The translations under genes and the position numbers were made by a program. A stretch of 63,643 bases of DNA, counting the filler, from Octopus bimaculoides (taxonomy: Eukaryota), in the NCBI RefSeq assembly GCF_001194135.2. It is 7 parts of 7 records of this genome, joined end to end, with 100 filler letters (N's around TTAATTAATTAA, not from the genome) between each part and the next. Parts side by side here need not be neighbours in the genome. Positions count along the whole stretch, not along the records: positions 51,066 to 54,576 come from NC_069005.1; positions 54,677 to 57,499 come from NW_026355239.1; positions 57,600 to 60,144 come from NC_068983.1; positions 60,245 to 63,643 come from NW_026414244.1; 3 more parts are not named here. One strand, given 5' to 3'. The notes under the pieces were generated by a model, which was not told the origin of the DNA, searched no databases, and worked only from the letters and a program-made list of their open reading frames with translations. This document shows positions 52,118 to 63,643 of this stretch, one piece after another (positions within the stretch are counted from its first letter, which is position 1; each line of letters starts with the position of its first letter).

Positions 52118-53499
52118 CTGACTGACAGACAAACAGATAGACCAGTTAGACAAACAGAGAAAAACAGAGAATAACAGCAACAGAAATGAGCGGGAACGAC
52201 AGAAAAGCCGTCGCTGGAATTTACATGGAAAGCGGAAGCGAGTCTTTAATCAGATCTGTCTACCCATATTTCACTGGCGTTTGTTTTTAGTGTTGCCTAA
52301 TCTGATTCCATCTAGTCACGAGAAATCTTGTGTAATGTATTCTACGACAATAACCAAAGACTGTCAAAGAATCTTGGTTTAGTTTTGATTTTTCAAATGT
52401 ACTTCTGTAATCGTCGACCGACGCAATCATAAAACGAAACATTTTCCAATGCACGTAATCGTATAAGTTGATTGATGTTCCAAGATATGTATGCATACAC
52501 ACGTACGTACACACACATACACACACACACACTACACACACTACACACACTACACACACACACATACACGACACACACAAACATGCATACGTATATGTAT
52601 ATATGTATGTATGAATGTATGCATTACTGTATTTATATATGTACGTATGCATGTGTATATATGTGTGTATATATATATATGTGTATACATATGTGTGTGT
52701 GTGTGTGTTTTGATTTTTCCCATACATGTGCCAAGAAATGGTATCAGGTTTTATCCCTTCCGTATTTCCTTTCTTCCATTTGGAATTTAACCATACAGCC
52801 CACAACACACACACACGCTTCCTTTCTTACTTCCTTTCTCCTTTCCTTTTTTCTTTCCTGTATTTATTTATTTATTTATTGTTTTTATCCCCAATGAAGC
52901 TATCAATATGCTATTGATGAAACAAGAAACTGATAGATTTCGATAAATCGATGGAATAAATTTCAGTCAACCCCCCACCCAAAAAGAAAACAAATACAAA
53001 AACATTTTCGAAGTATTTTATTTCCCTCGCGTTTCTGTTGCCTTCTTTGAGTTTCCAATCCAGCCAGTATTGTCAGAACTTTTAATCCAGCCTGGGGTCG
53101 ATAAAATAGAGTACCAGTCAAACGCTGAGGTCGATGGCTTCGTGTTAGGAGCTACTTGTCCTAAGTTTTAATATTTGCGCCTAAGAAACCATCTTTGTTG
53201 TCATCACCACCACCACCATCATCATCTTTTTCTGAGTGGACTGGAACAATGTGAAATGAAGAGTTTTGCTCAAGAACACAACGGATCGCCCGGTGCAAGG
53301 ATTGAAACCACAATCTTACGATCGTGACTCCAACACCCGACCCACTATGTCACGCGCATCCACTATAAAATCTATTTACACTTCTCAATTATAAAAACAT
53401 TTCAGAAAATATTTATTAATTTGATCGATATTGATTAGATTGCAGGTGTGACGGTCATATGATTGAAAAGTTAAATTCGTAGACTTGAGATTCCAAATT

Positions 53500-54075
53500 C
53501 GATCCATCGCTTCCCGCTCCCCACTCCCTGAGTGGCACCCTGTGTAATGTGCCATCGATAACTGCAACGGCGCATGTGCCTCCCCACCACACACACGCGT
53601 GATCTGGTTCTTAATGATGTCACGGAAGTCTTGAGAGAGCCCACAGACTTGGGAGATTCACCATCGTGGTTCATGACAAGGGCTGTAAAACACCAATGTG
53701 AAGAACTCAGATTTAGCTGACAAAGAATATCGAAAGCCAATCTGCTATTCTTTTATGGTTCTCATTATAAACATTTGTTCAGTACAAGATCGACAGGGAC
53801 GAAAACTTGATTGGTCATTCTGCAGTGTCGCATCAATGATCGATACCTCTATAGGATTCTTTTCTGAAATAGAAGGAAATCCCTCTATGGAAGAAGAACA
53901 TAATTTCCTCGCCATTTGTAAAGCTTCCAAAACAGGCTTCTCTGTCTGGAAGTTACACAATAACCATTCTGCTCCAACCGGCCCGGAATTCCTTTCGATG
54001 CCAACATTCACTGAGCCATGTGAATGCTTCAATTTTACAACGTTCCAAAAATCCAACTGTAGTTTCGTCACGGCC
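53500..54075 (-). mobile_element. Non-LTR RT fragment (RTE-like)
   Basis: QSSFRPCRSCTEQMFIMR followed by a degenerate QGCHSG motif. Confidence 0.7.
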
Positions 54076-54676
54076 AGCAGTATTGTTGTTGTTTTTGTCA
54101 TTACTGTTGTTGTTGTTGTTGTTGCTTTTGTTGTTGTTGCTTTTGTTGTTGTTCATGTTGAACTTTAGTTTCTTCAGCGATTCTCTGTATTTCCTTCTCT
54201 CTGTGACGTCATCAGTCCTTAATTGCCTCATACATACATACATATATACAGCCATACGTACATACATTTGTGTATGTGTGTACGTGTAGAAATTCACAAA
54301 CACATATTGATATGCACGTATATAAATGTGTTTCTATGTTTATGTGGTATATATGTATATATATATATATATATACGCACACACACACATGTATATATGC
54401 GTATGTATATATAAAGTAACACATTATATTCTGTTCTGCTGTATGTATTTGTGTGTGTGAGTGCAATATTCCTATTGATTTCCAACATCAGCACATTTCG
54501 TTTGGTAAAAACGCAAAAACGCGAAGAAACACAAGAAAAACACACCCTAAACAGATGCAAAACACACAAACACAGANNNNNNNNNNNNNNNNNNNNNNNN
54601 NNNNNNNNNNNNNNNNNNNNTTAATTAATTAANNNNNNNNNNNNNNNNNNNNNNNNNNNNNNNNNNNNNNNNNNNN

Positions 54677-54769
54677 TCATCATCATCATCATCATCATCA
54701 TCATTATCATCATCATCGTCATCATCGACATCATCATCATCATCATCTTCATCATCATCATCATCGTCG

Positions 54770-54813
<44 letters not shown>

Positions 54814-54863
54814 GTCATCATCGACATCATCGTCATCATCATCATCATCATCATCTTCATCAG

Positions 54864-54911
<48 letters not shown>

Positions 54912-54915
54912 TATC
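54677..54915. repeat. (CAT)n microsatellite with variant units
   Basis: Seen directly. It explains the poly-M and poly-D ORFs. Confidence 0.95.
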
Positions 54916-55807
54916 ATGATATACAATGAAACCGAAGGTGGTGGGGAAGATAAGATGAAAGAGAAAATACAACACAGAAACACACACACACACACACACA
55001 CACACACCATGATGATAAATCATAACAGCAAGAACAACAACAATTATTCCAGTTGTCTTTTTTTACTTTCTTTCTTATTTTAACATCTTTGTTGAATTTC
55101 TCTTTTGTTTTGCTGTTCTGCTAGCTTTGTTTTTCTCTGTGTGTGTTTGTGTGTGTGTGTTTTTTTTGTTTTTGTCTTTGTCGATAATTCTTTGTCTTGA
55201 AACTGTCCAAATATTTGGCCAATATTTAAATATGTATGTGACCAGACACAGTGCAAATAGTGCAGCCATATTTAAATATATCTGCATGATATATATGTGT
55301 GTGTTCGTGTGTGTGTGTGTGTACGTATGTATATGTGCGTATATATACATATATATATATATATCATGCAGNNNNNNNNNNNNNNNNNNNNNNNNNNNNN
55401 NNNNNNNNNNNNNNNNNNNNNNNNNNNNNNNNNNNNNNNNNNNNNNNNNNNNNNNNNNNNNNNNNNNNNNNNNNNNNNNNNNNNNNNNNNNNNNNNNNNN
55501 NNNNNNNNNNNNNNNNNNNNNNNNNNNNNNNNNNNNNNNNNNNNNNNNNNNNNNNNNNNNNNNNNNNNNNNNNNNNNNNNNNNNNNNNNNNNNNNNNNNN
55601 NNNNNNNNNNNNNNNNNNNNNNNNNNNNNNNNNNNNNNNNNNNNNNNNNNNNNNNNNNNNNNNNNNNNNNNNNNNNNNNNNNNNNNNNNNNNNNNNNNNN
55701 NNNNNNNNNNNNNNNNNNNNNNNNNNNNNNNNNNNNNNNNNNNNNNNNNNNNNNNNNNNTTATATTATATATATATATATATATAAACATATACATATAT
55801 ATATACA

Positions 55808-55850
<43 letters not shown>

Positions 55851-55861
55851 TATTATTATTG

Positions 55862-56560
55862 CCTTTGCACAGCTTCTAACGCTGGAGATGTACTACAGTG
55901 TCAGCTGTTCACTACCAGTGAACTAAGGTAACAACCCTTATGTTTCGAGCATCTTCTGGAGTATTCGAGTGGTTCCAAGCAGTGCTGTTTTCTGCAAGTG
56001 CTCCACCCTTATTGCAGCCCCTTTTTGCTCCACGTACTTCTCGAGATTTTTGTTCACTGTTCCCAGGGCTCCGACAATTATTGGTACAACTACCACCTTT
56101 TTCATCGACCACAACTGCTTAACATCCCAAGCTAACCTGTCATACCTATCGACTTTTCTTTCTTCCTTATCGCATACCTTGTTGTCAGCTGGCCATGCTA
56201 TATCTATGATCCAGCATTGTTTGGTTTCTTTCTCAATTAAGACTCTGTCTCGTTTCCTATTCTCTATCTCATGGTTGCACTGAATCATAAAATCCCACAG
56301 GATCTTTGCATTATCATTTTCAATGATGCCTTCTGGTTTGTGGTCGTACCAATTTTTTTCTCTGTCAAGTCCATACTTGTTGTAAAGTGTCCGATGGACA
56401 AGCCTGGCTATATTGTCGTGGCGTCTCTTATATTCCTTCTGAGCTAGTGGCGTACATTGGCTGGTAATATGTCATACGGTTTCACCGTTTGGTCCACAGA
56501 TTCTGCAGTTATCGCCTTCTGATGTGTTGTCTATTCTGTATTTTATGTAGTTTGTTCATA
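55862..56560 (-). mobile_element. R4/Dong-clade non-LTR retrotransposon 3' end (CCHC plus restriction-like endonuclease)
   Basis: CRICG..ET..HITSQC..LAQKEYKRRHDNIA..KILWDFMIQCNHEIENRKRD...IIDIAWP...VVPIIVGALG..LQKTALLGTTRIL. The 3' end runs into (TAA)n. Confidence 0.88.
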
Positions 56561-56589
56561 GTTTCTTATTTCTTTATTGCCCACAAGGG

Positions 56590-57095
56590 GCTAAACACAG
56601 AGCGGACAAACAAGGACAGACAAAGGGATTAAGTCGATTACATCGACCCCAGTGCGTAACTGGTACTTAATTTATCGACGCCGAAAGGATGAAAGGCAAA
56701 GTCGACCTCGGTGGAATTTGAACTCAGAACGTAACGGCAGACGAAATACCGCTAAGCATTTCGCCCGGCGTGCTAACGGTTCTGCCAGCTCACCGCCTTC
56801 GCCATCACTATATTCTTTTCTTCTCTAGGCACAAGGCCCGAAATTTTGGCGGAGGGGCCAGTCGATTCGATCGACCACAATACGCAACGGGTACTTAATT
56901 TATCGACCCAGAAAGGATGAAAGGCAAAGTCGACCTTTGGAATTGGAACTCGGAACGTATTGAATTTGAACTCGGTGGAATTTAAACTCGGGACTTAAAG
57001 ACAGGCGAAATTTGAACTCGGAACGAAAAAGACAGACGAAATACCGCTAAGCATTTCGCCCAGCGTGCTAACGTTTCTGCCAGCTCGCCGCCTTA
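56590..57095 (-). mobile_element. Two tandem SINE family B copies, one with an internal B-box region duplication
   Basis: 56590-56800 and 56815-57095. gaatttgaactcgg is repeated several times at 56940-57025. Confidence 0.85.
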
Positions 57096-57629
57096 TATTC
57101 GCCACAAATATCACCATCACAATAGGGTCTGAAGTCATGTTCACAGTTTAACTTTGAACTGAAGTATTTTCTGGAATTCTTTTTATCTGTTGGGGTAGTT
57201 TTTTTTAACGCTAACTGAATGTGAAAAAAACTTTAGGTAGCCATCACCAAATATTCCGTAGTGTTAACAATCAGCTTTATATCTATTACTCTTATCAATA
57301 ACAACAACCCATAGTCTTTAAGACTTTTACACGTTTCTTCTTTAACCTGATACTTGTAGCTCATTCTTTTTCATTATTCTGTTTTTATATTTGTGTATTC
57401 CCATCTAATACATTCATAAATACATACATATGTGCATATATATATGTGTATGTGTGTATGTGTATTTATATATATGTGTGTATGCATATATATATATATN
57501 NNNNNNNNNNNNNNNNNNNNNNNNNNNNNNNNNNNNNNNNNNNTTAATTAATTAANNNNNNNNNNNNNNNNNNNNNNNNNNNNNNNNNNNNNNNNNNNNG
57601 TATGTATGTATATGTATATATATATTATA

Positions 57630-57990
57630 AAAAATAATATGGTACTCAGATATCTGGATGGTTGTACATTTACAGATTTTTATTAATATGTCACATGTTT
57701 TTATAAATTTTATTCTCTGATGAGAATTTTGCTCTTGTTAAGTATTTCTTTGGGTTTTTCTCTTGGCGTTTACAGTTTTTTTAATGCTATATTTGTTTAG
57801 TAGGTTTCCCATTTTGGGGCTTTGTAGGACTATTGGTAAGTTTGAATGAATAATGCGAAACATGTTGGTGATTCCAAAGCTATGTGTGTTTATGAAAGGA
57901 TGATGTCTTATTTGTTTTTCTTTTGGGAGTTCTGAGTTCTGTGATGACCAGTTTCATTGCTCTTGAGATTCCGTTTTTTATTAATGTGAG
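57630..57990 (-). mobile_element. Penelope-like endonuclease C-terminal fragment
   Basis: Similar by eye to 35900-36300, with an EKPKEILNKSKILIRE-like remnant. Confidence 0.55.
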
Positions 57991-59366
57991 TGTGTGCATT
58001 CACCTCCAGACCTTCTATATATATATATATATATATATACATGCACGCACGCATACATACACACACACATAGTTACAGACACAGTTGTATGCGACGATAA
58101 GGAAATGCATCATAGAGGGACAGAACGGATTAATCGGAGCAGGAAGACAACGTGGACAGAAAGGGTCGCTGAAGAGGTCACAGACGTGCGACCAAAGTAA
58201 TGAAAGAGTGAAGAACGAATATGTAGTCAATGTGTTTATTTGGCAAAAAGAAGAAGACCATCCCGAAATAATAGCAACATACACACACACATACACATTT
58301 GTGATTGATTTAGCAACATGGATTCGTGGTACGGATGTGAATTATGTATGCGAACATATATGTGTGGATCGGTATGTGCCTATGTGTACGTATGTGTGTA
58401 TGTGCGTATGCTTTTATACAGCTAGTAGGATAGGTTAAGTGTGACAATGATCGTTAGGTTATGTTACCGTATACTTGCTTCTGTAGAAGATGTAAACGCG
58501 AATCAGTATCTTCTAATCTCCGTTCAAGAATATGGCATTCACACTGTGACCTAGCAATGTCAGAATTCAAATATTTGCAAAATATATACAATACTCGGTG
58601 TGAAGAAAATTTACATAGTTATCGCTGAATATGATTTATATTCTATATTCTTATTATCTTAAATATGTAAATAAATTCCGATGTATTTTGAGGCTTGAAA
58701 GTTTTCTTATTGTATTTGTGTACGTGCATTATTATGCATATATTTAGCCTTTATGTTTTGTGATTGTGGGTGCATATGTAAATACGTATGTTCGCATAAA
58801 TATGTATTTACACACACACACACATATACGTATATATATATATATATATATATATATGCGTGTGTGTCTGTGTGTATTCACACATAAATACAGTCACATG
58901 TGTTTATCTATTTTTATATGCATATGTGTATATACCATATGTATGTGTATAATTGCTTACACGTTTACGAATTGCTATGATTATTGACACAACCATTTAC
59001 GAACACAACACAGATACACATATGTATACAGATACACTCACACACAAGCACACACGCTTATATATCTACGCATATGTACAGAGAGAATTGAGGAAAGAAA
59101 AGCAAAAGAGGGAGAAATACATTTTACTGAAGCTATTTACACGTTCGTTTATGAGAAATTGAAAATAATACATGGTATAAAGATTTATAAAGTTTATACA
59201 TTTATTCAGCTACGATAATTGTACATACGTATATCTGTACGTATCTCTGTGCTTGAATGTGTTTATACATACTGGTATGCTTAAGATTATATGGATATTA
59301 ACATAGTTACGACACAAATATGAATTGCTTTACATCTGTAAAAGTGCATGCATATCTACATATGTA

Positions 59367-59398
<32 letters not shown>

Positions 59399-59414
59399 TC
59401 TATCTGTCTATCTA

Positions 59415-59449
<35 letters not shown>

Positions 59450-59655
59450 NNNNNNNNNNNNNNNNNNNNNNNNNNNNNNNNNNNNNNNNNNNNNNNNNNN
59501 NNNNNNNNNNNNNNNNNNNNNNNNNNNNNNNNNNNNNNNNNNNNNNNNNNNNNNNNNNNNNNTATATATACACACACATACACATTTGTATATATATATG
59601 TATATAAATATGTATAAATGTATATGTGTGTACGTGTATGTGTGTTGTGTGTGTG

Positions 59656-59696
<41 letters not shown>

Positions 59697-60127
59697 CAGG
59701 AATAAATCAATAGATAGATAGATAGATAGATAGATATATAGATAGATAGATAATTTGGTCCAATGAGACATTGTATTTCCATTTATACCTTTCTACGAAC
59801 GACACACTCGAATACCAGAAACACACATAAAAGTAAAGACATACGAAAAGTAAACCCTCACGGGGAAATATACATAGAAACCTGTATCCATTTGTGAATG
59901 TTTGGCTGCGTTATATATGGAATTTCTTGTTCATTCTTTTTTGTCAGTACGTGTGCATTTGTGCGCAGGTGAATGCGCATGTCTTTCCATGTGACCATTT
60001 CATTAAATGTAAAGGAAGCAAACAATTATAGCTTCCCTGTCCTATACACAAGCAAATATGCGCTTGTGTGTTCTGAGGTGGGGTATGTATATGCATATAC
60101 ATATATATATATATATTTACACACACA

Positions 60128-60144
60128 AGATCGGAAGAGCACAC
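60128..60144 (+). other. Illumina adapter sequence (assembly contamination)
   Basis: Exact AGATCGGAAGAGCACAC at a contig end next to an N gap. Confidence 0.92.
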
Positions 60145-60244
60145 NNNNNNNNNNNNNNNNNNNNNNNNNNNNNNNNNNNNNNNNNNNNTTAATTAATTAA
60201 NNNNNNNNNNNNNNNNNNNNNNNNNNNNNNNNNNNNNNNNNNNN

Positions 60245-60605
60245 TTTTCAGATAGGTGTCTAGGCCAATTGTGGCTACCTTCATTGATAATGCCAGCTGT
60301 AAAAGTCCTCGGCCTCCTTCTTTTCTTGGCAGATAAAGACGTTCTATATCTGCCTTAGGGTGGTGCATTCTATGCATTGTCAACAGTTTTCGTATTTTTC
60401 TGTTAACATTACATATTTCAGTAATTGACCAGTTAACGATGTTGAAACTGTAAGTCACGACTGGTATGGCTAGAGCATTGATCGCTTCGATCCTGTTTCT
60501 CGCGTTCAGCTCTGTCTTCAGTATTGCTCTCACCCTGCGATAACATTCTCTTCTGATCCTTTCCCTCATCACTGAGTGCTTGATATTGTCCCCTTCAATT
60601 ACCCC
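60245..60605 (-). mobile_element. R4/Dong-clade RT (post-domain 7) fragment
   Basis: RERIRRECYRRVRAILKTELNARNRIEAINALAIPVVTYSF...HHPKADIERLYLPRKEGGRGL, open frame. The 5'-truncated end abuts (TAA)n. Confidence 0.9.
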
Positions 60606-62310
60606 TATTATTATTGTTATTATTATTATTATTATTATTAACCTCAGAAGAAATATTGTTTAATATTTTAATGCTTGCAGTATTAAGTGTGTTAAAACTA
60701 ACCTTGTAATCAGTGCTCCATCATGGCCGTTGACTAATAAAATAAAAGGATATTCTCCAGTACACAAGTAACAAATTTAGCAGTGGGAAGTCTGGCTAAA
60801 AATAGCAACTAAATTCCTCTAAAACCACTCTTTACTGTCGTTAAAAAGGATATGTTTGGTAACGATGTCCTAAAACATACAATTACTAAAATTAAAAGCG
60901 GTTTGGTCATGGCCAGAACGCCTTGGATCATAAGTTTGCTAGTTCAAGCTTGATATGCGAAGGACTGGGTGTGTAATAACAAACAACAGTCATCATAAAG
61001 ACGACCTCTGCTTACATTTAACTTTCATATATACAGGGTGCGGCAAAAACATCTCCTAAATTCTACAATCTTGAAAGAAGTGTTTCAAGATAAAACAGAC
61101 ATCGTAGACTAGTTTAAATTGTAACCATAACTAAGCTAAATGGCAAAGCATTAGCTACATGAAAATATTACTTTTATTTGTTCAATTTTATTAGAATCTT
61201 ATCAACAGTCGTGTAAAATATGGAACATTATATTGCTGCACTGTAATCGCCACAATAATTGTAATATGAAAGGCCGTGCTAATGCATTCATTAAAACGAC
61301 ACACCCTATTTTGAAAATTATCCAATCAGATTATTTTCTTTAAAAGTCCCGCCCCACTACTGTTTATTCATGTACCAAGCGTATTTTACCGTTACTTGTA
61401 ACATATCCCTTTCCTCACTGTTCTTCTTTTAACTCCGCCTTTTTACCTTCGTCTGCAACTTTAATATTATGATCTCCTCTCCCTACCACCCCTCGATGCT
61501 GTTATAACCACAAGAGTAACAAACAGTAACCAATGGTTACACGTTGTTTTCCTCTTCACCTCTTCACGTGACCCTCCTCCTCCCCCGTACACGGTCTGTT
61601 CTTAATGTTGTTGATCAATCGGAGTCCATCCTTGACCATCCATTTTCATGATAAGAGTGTGAGCTGACGGTCATTTAGTTGCTATTTCTAGCAGGTCGAG
61701 AAACCACGCCATCTCTGTTGTCTACCTTTAATCTGTTATTTTTTATTGTTTACTTGCTTCAGAAAGCGGCCATGCTGGGGCAAACGCTTTGAAGGGGTTC
61801 TGTCGAACAAATCGATCCTAGTATTTATTCTAAGGATCATTTTTTATCGAACCGCTAAGTTACGGGGAAATAAACAAACCAACACCGGTTGTCAAGTAGT
61901 GGAGGTGGGACAAATAAACACATACACACAGACACAGACACACACACACACACATACATACACACACATCTTTTATCTGTTATCTTTTGTTTCAGACATT
62001 AGACTCCGGCCATGCTAGGGGACTGCTTTGAACAATTTGTTTTTAGTTGAATGAATCGACCCCAGTATATGTTATTTCGAGGTTGCTACTCATTCTATCG
62101 GGGTCTATTGCCGAACCGTTAAGTTACGGGGGACGTAAACACACACACACCGGTTGTCAAACGGTTGTCTTTACGTTCTGAGTTCAAATTCTGCCGAAGT
62201 CGACTTTGTCTTTCATCATTTCAAGGTGACGAAATTAAGTACCAGTTACGTACTGGGGTCGACGTACCTCTTCCCCTGAAACTTCAGACCTTGCGCCTTT
62301 AGTAGAAAGG

Positions 62311-62364
<54 letters not shown>

Positions 62365-62419
62365 TTATTATTATTATTATTATTTTATTTTATAATTTAT
62401 ATTATTATTATTATTATTA

Positions 62420-62491
<72 letters not shown>

Positions 62492-62695
62492 NNNNNNNNN
62501 NNNNNNNNNNNNNNNNNNNNNNNNNNNNNNNNNNNNNNNNNNNNNNNNNNNNNNNNNNNNNNNNNNNNNNNNNNNNNNNNNNNNNNNNNNNNNNNNNNNN
62601 NNNNNNNNNNNNNNNNNNNNNNNNNNNNNNNNNNNNNNNNNNNNNNNNNNNNNNNNNNNNNNNNNNNNNNNNNNNNNNNNNNNNNNNNNNNNNNN

Positions 62696-63065
62696 TTGTT
62701 GCAATTGGAATTCACTTAGATATTCCTTTGCCTGTTTTGTTACTGAGTAAGATGCTTTCTTGCTTTCATGTTTTAAGACAAGTTTTTGCATCCAGTTCTC
62801 AGAGTTTTTCAGATAGGTGTCTAGGCCAATTGTGGCTACCTTCATTGATAATGCCAGCTGTAGAAGTCCTCGGCCTCCCTCTTTTCTTGGTAGATAAAGA
62901 CGTTCTATATCTGCCTTAGGGTGGTGCATTCTATGCATTGTCAACAGTTTTCGTATTTTTCTGTCAACATTACATATTTCAGTAATTGACCAGTTAACGA
63001 TATTGAAACTGTAAGTCACGACTGGTATGGCTAGAGCATTGATCGCTTCGATCCTGTTTCTATCC
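62696..63065 (-). mobile_element. Second R4/Dong-clade RT fragment, nearly identical to 60245-60500
   Basis: Same peptide, extended to ...LVLKHESKKASYSVTKQAKEYL. Flanked by (TAA)n and an N gap. Confidence 0.9.
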
Positions 63066-63104
63066 TATTATTATTATTATTATTATGATTAGTATTATTA
63101 TTAC

Positions 63105-63167
<63 letters not shown>

Positions 63168-63187
63168 GATTAGCATTATTATTACCA

Positions 63188-63239
<52 letters not shown>

Positions 63240-63405
63240 CTTTATCTTTATCGTTATCGTTATTATTATTATTATTATTATAACGATAACGATAACGATA
63301 ATAATAATAGAGATAATAATATTAATAATAATAATAATAATAATGATAATAATAATGATAATAATAATAAGACTGATAATGATAATAATAATAAGACTGA
63401 TAATG

Positions 63406-63487
<82 letters not shown>

Positions 63488-63643
63488 TGATGATGATGAT
63501 GATGATAATAATAATAATAACGATAACGATAACGATAATAATAATGATAATAATAAATAAATAAATAAAAATAATAATAATGCTAATAATAAGAAGAATG
63601 ATAATGATAATAATAATAATGATAATAATAATAATGATAATAA
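63066..63643. repeat. Compound (TTA)n/(TAA)n array with strand switch near 63280
   Basis: Seen directly. Other large TAA arrays at 14400-14497, 50239-50517 and 62312-62491. Confidence 0.95.

Noticed and set aside
54621-55023. Poly-Asp or poly-Met protein
   Set aside because: (CAT)n microsatellite with no unique coding flanks or splice sites.

Overview
Repeat-dense, AT-rich animal genomic DNA, most likely an octopus/coleoid cephalopod draft scaffold. That is an inference from the SINE families, the (TA)n/(CA)n/(TAA)n load and the gap style. Only one real gene is supported: a complete three-exon PGRMC (membrane-associated progesterone receptor, cytochrome b5-like heme/steroid-binding protein) on the minus strand. 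I assembled it by hand: 24210-23901, 7527-7378 and 5416-5310, giving 567 nt and 188 aa, with GT-AG phase-1 introns. The ORF track shows only exon 1. The rest is decayed mobile DNA: RTE, CR1/L2-like and R4/Dong-like LINE pieces, Penelope GIY-YIG remnants, mariner, hAT and piggyBac-type MITEs, several tRNA-derived SINE families, a 5S-derived pseudogene and microsatellites. Most ORFs in the track are microsatellite or gap artefacts. I found no new multi-gene system. The best leads are: (i) an AGA (Arg) codon at a normally Gly position of PGRMC that one A-to-I edit would restore; (ii) a Lys-to-Glu change at a heme-contact position; (iii) a CpG-decay boundary matching the gene body; (iv) a 5S/tRNA-SINE junction; (v) long intronic fold-backs; (vi) an orphan promoter-like motif cluster near 42.4 kb. 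All alignments and counts were done by eye.
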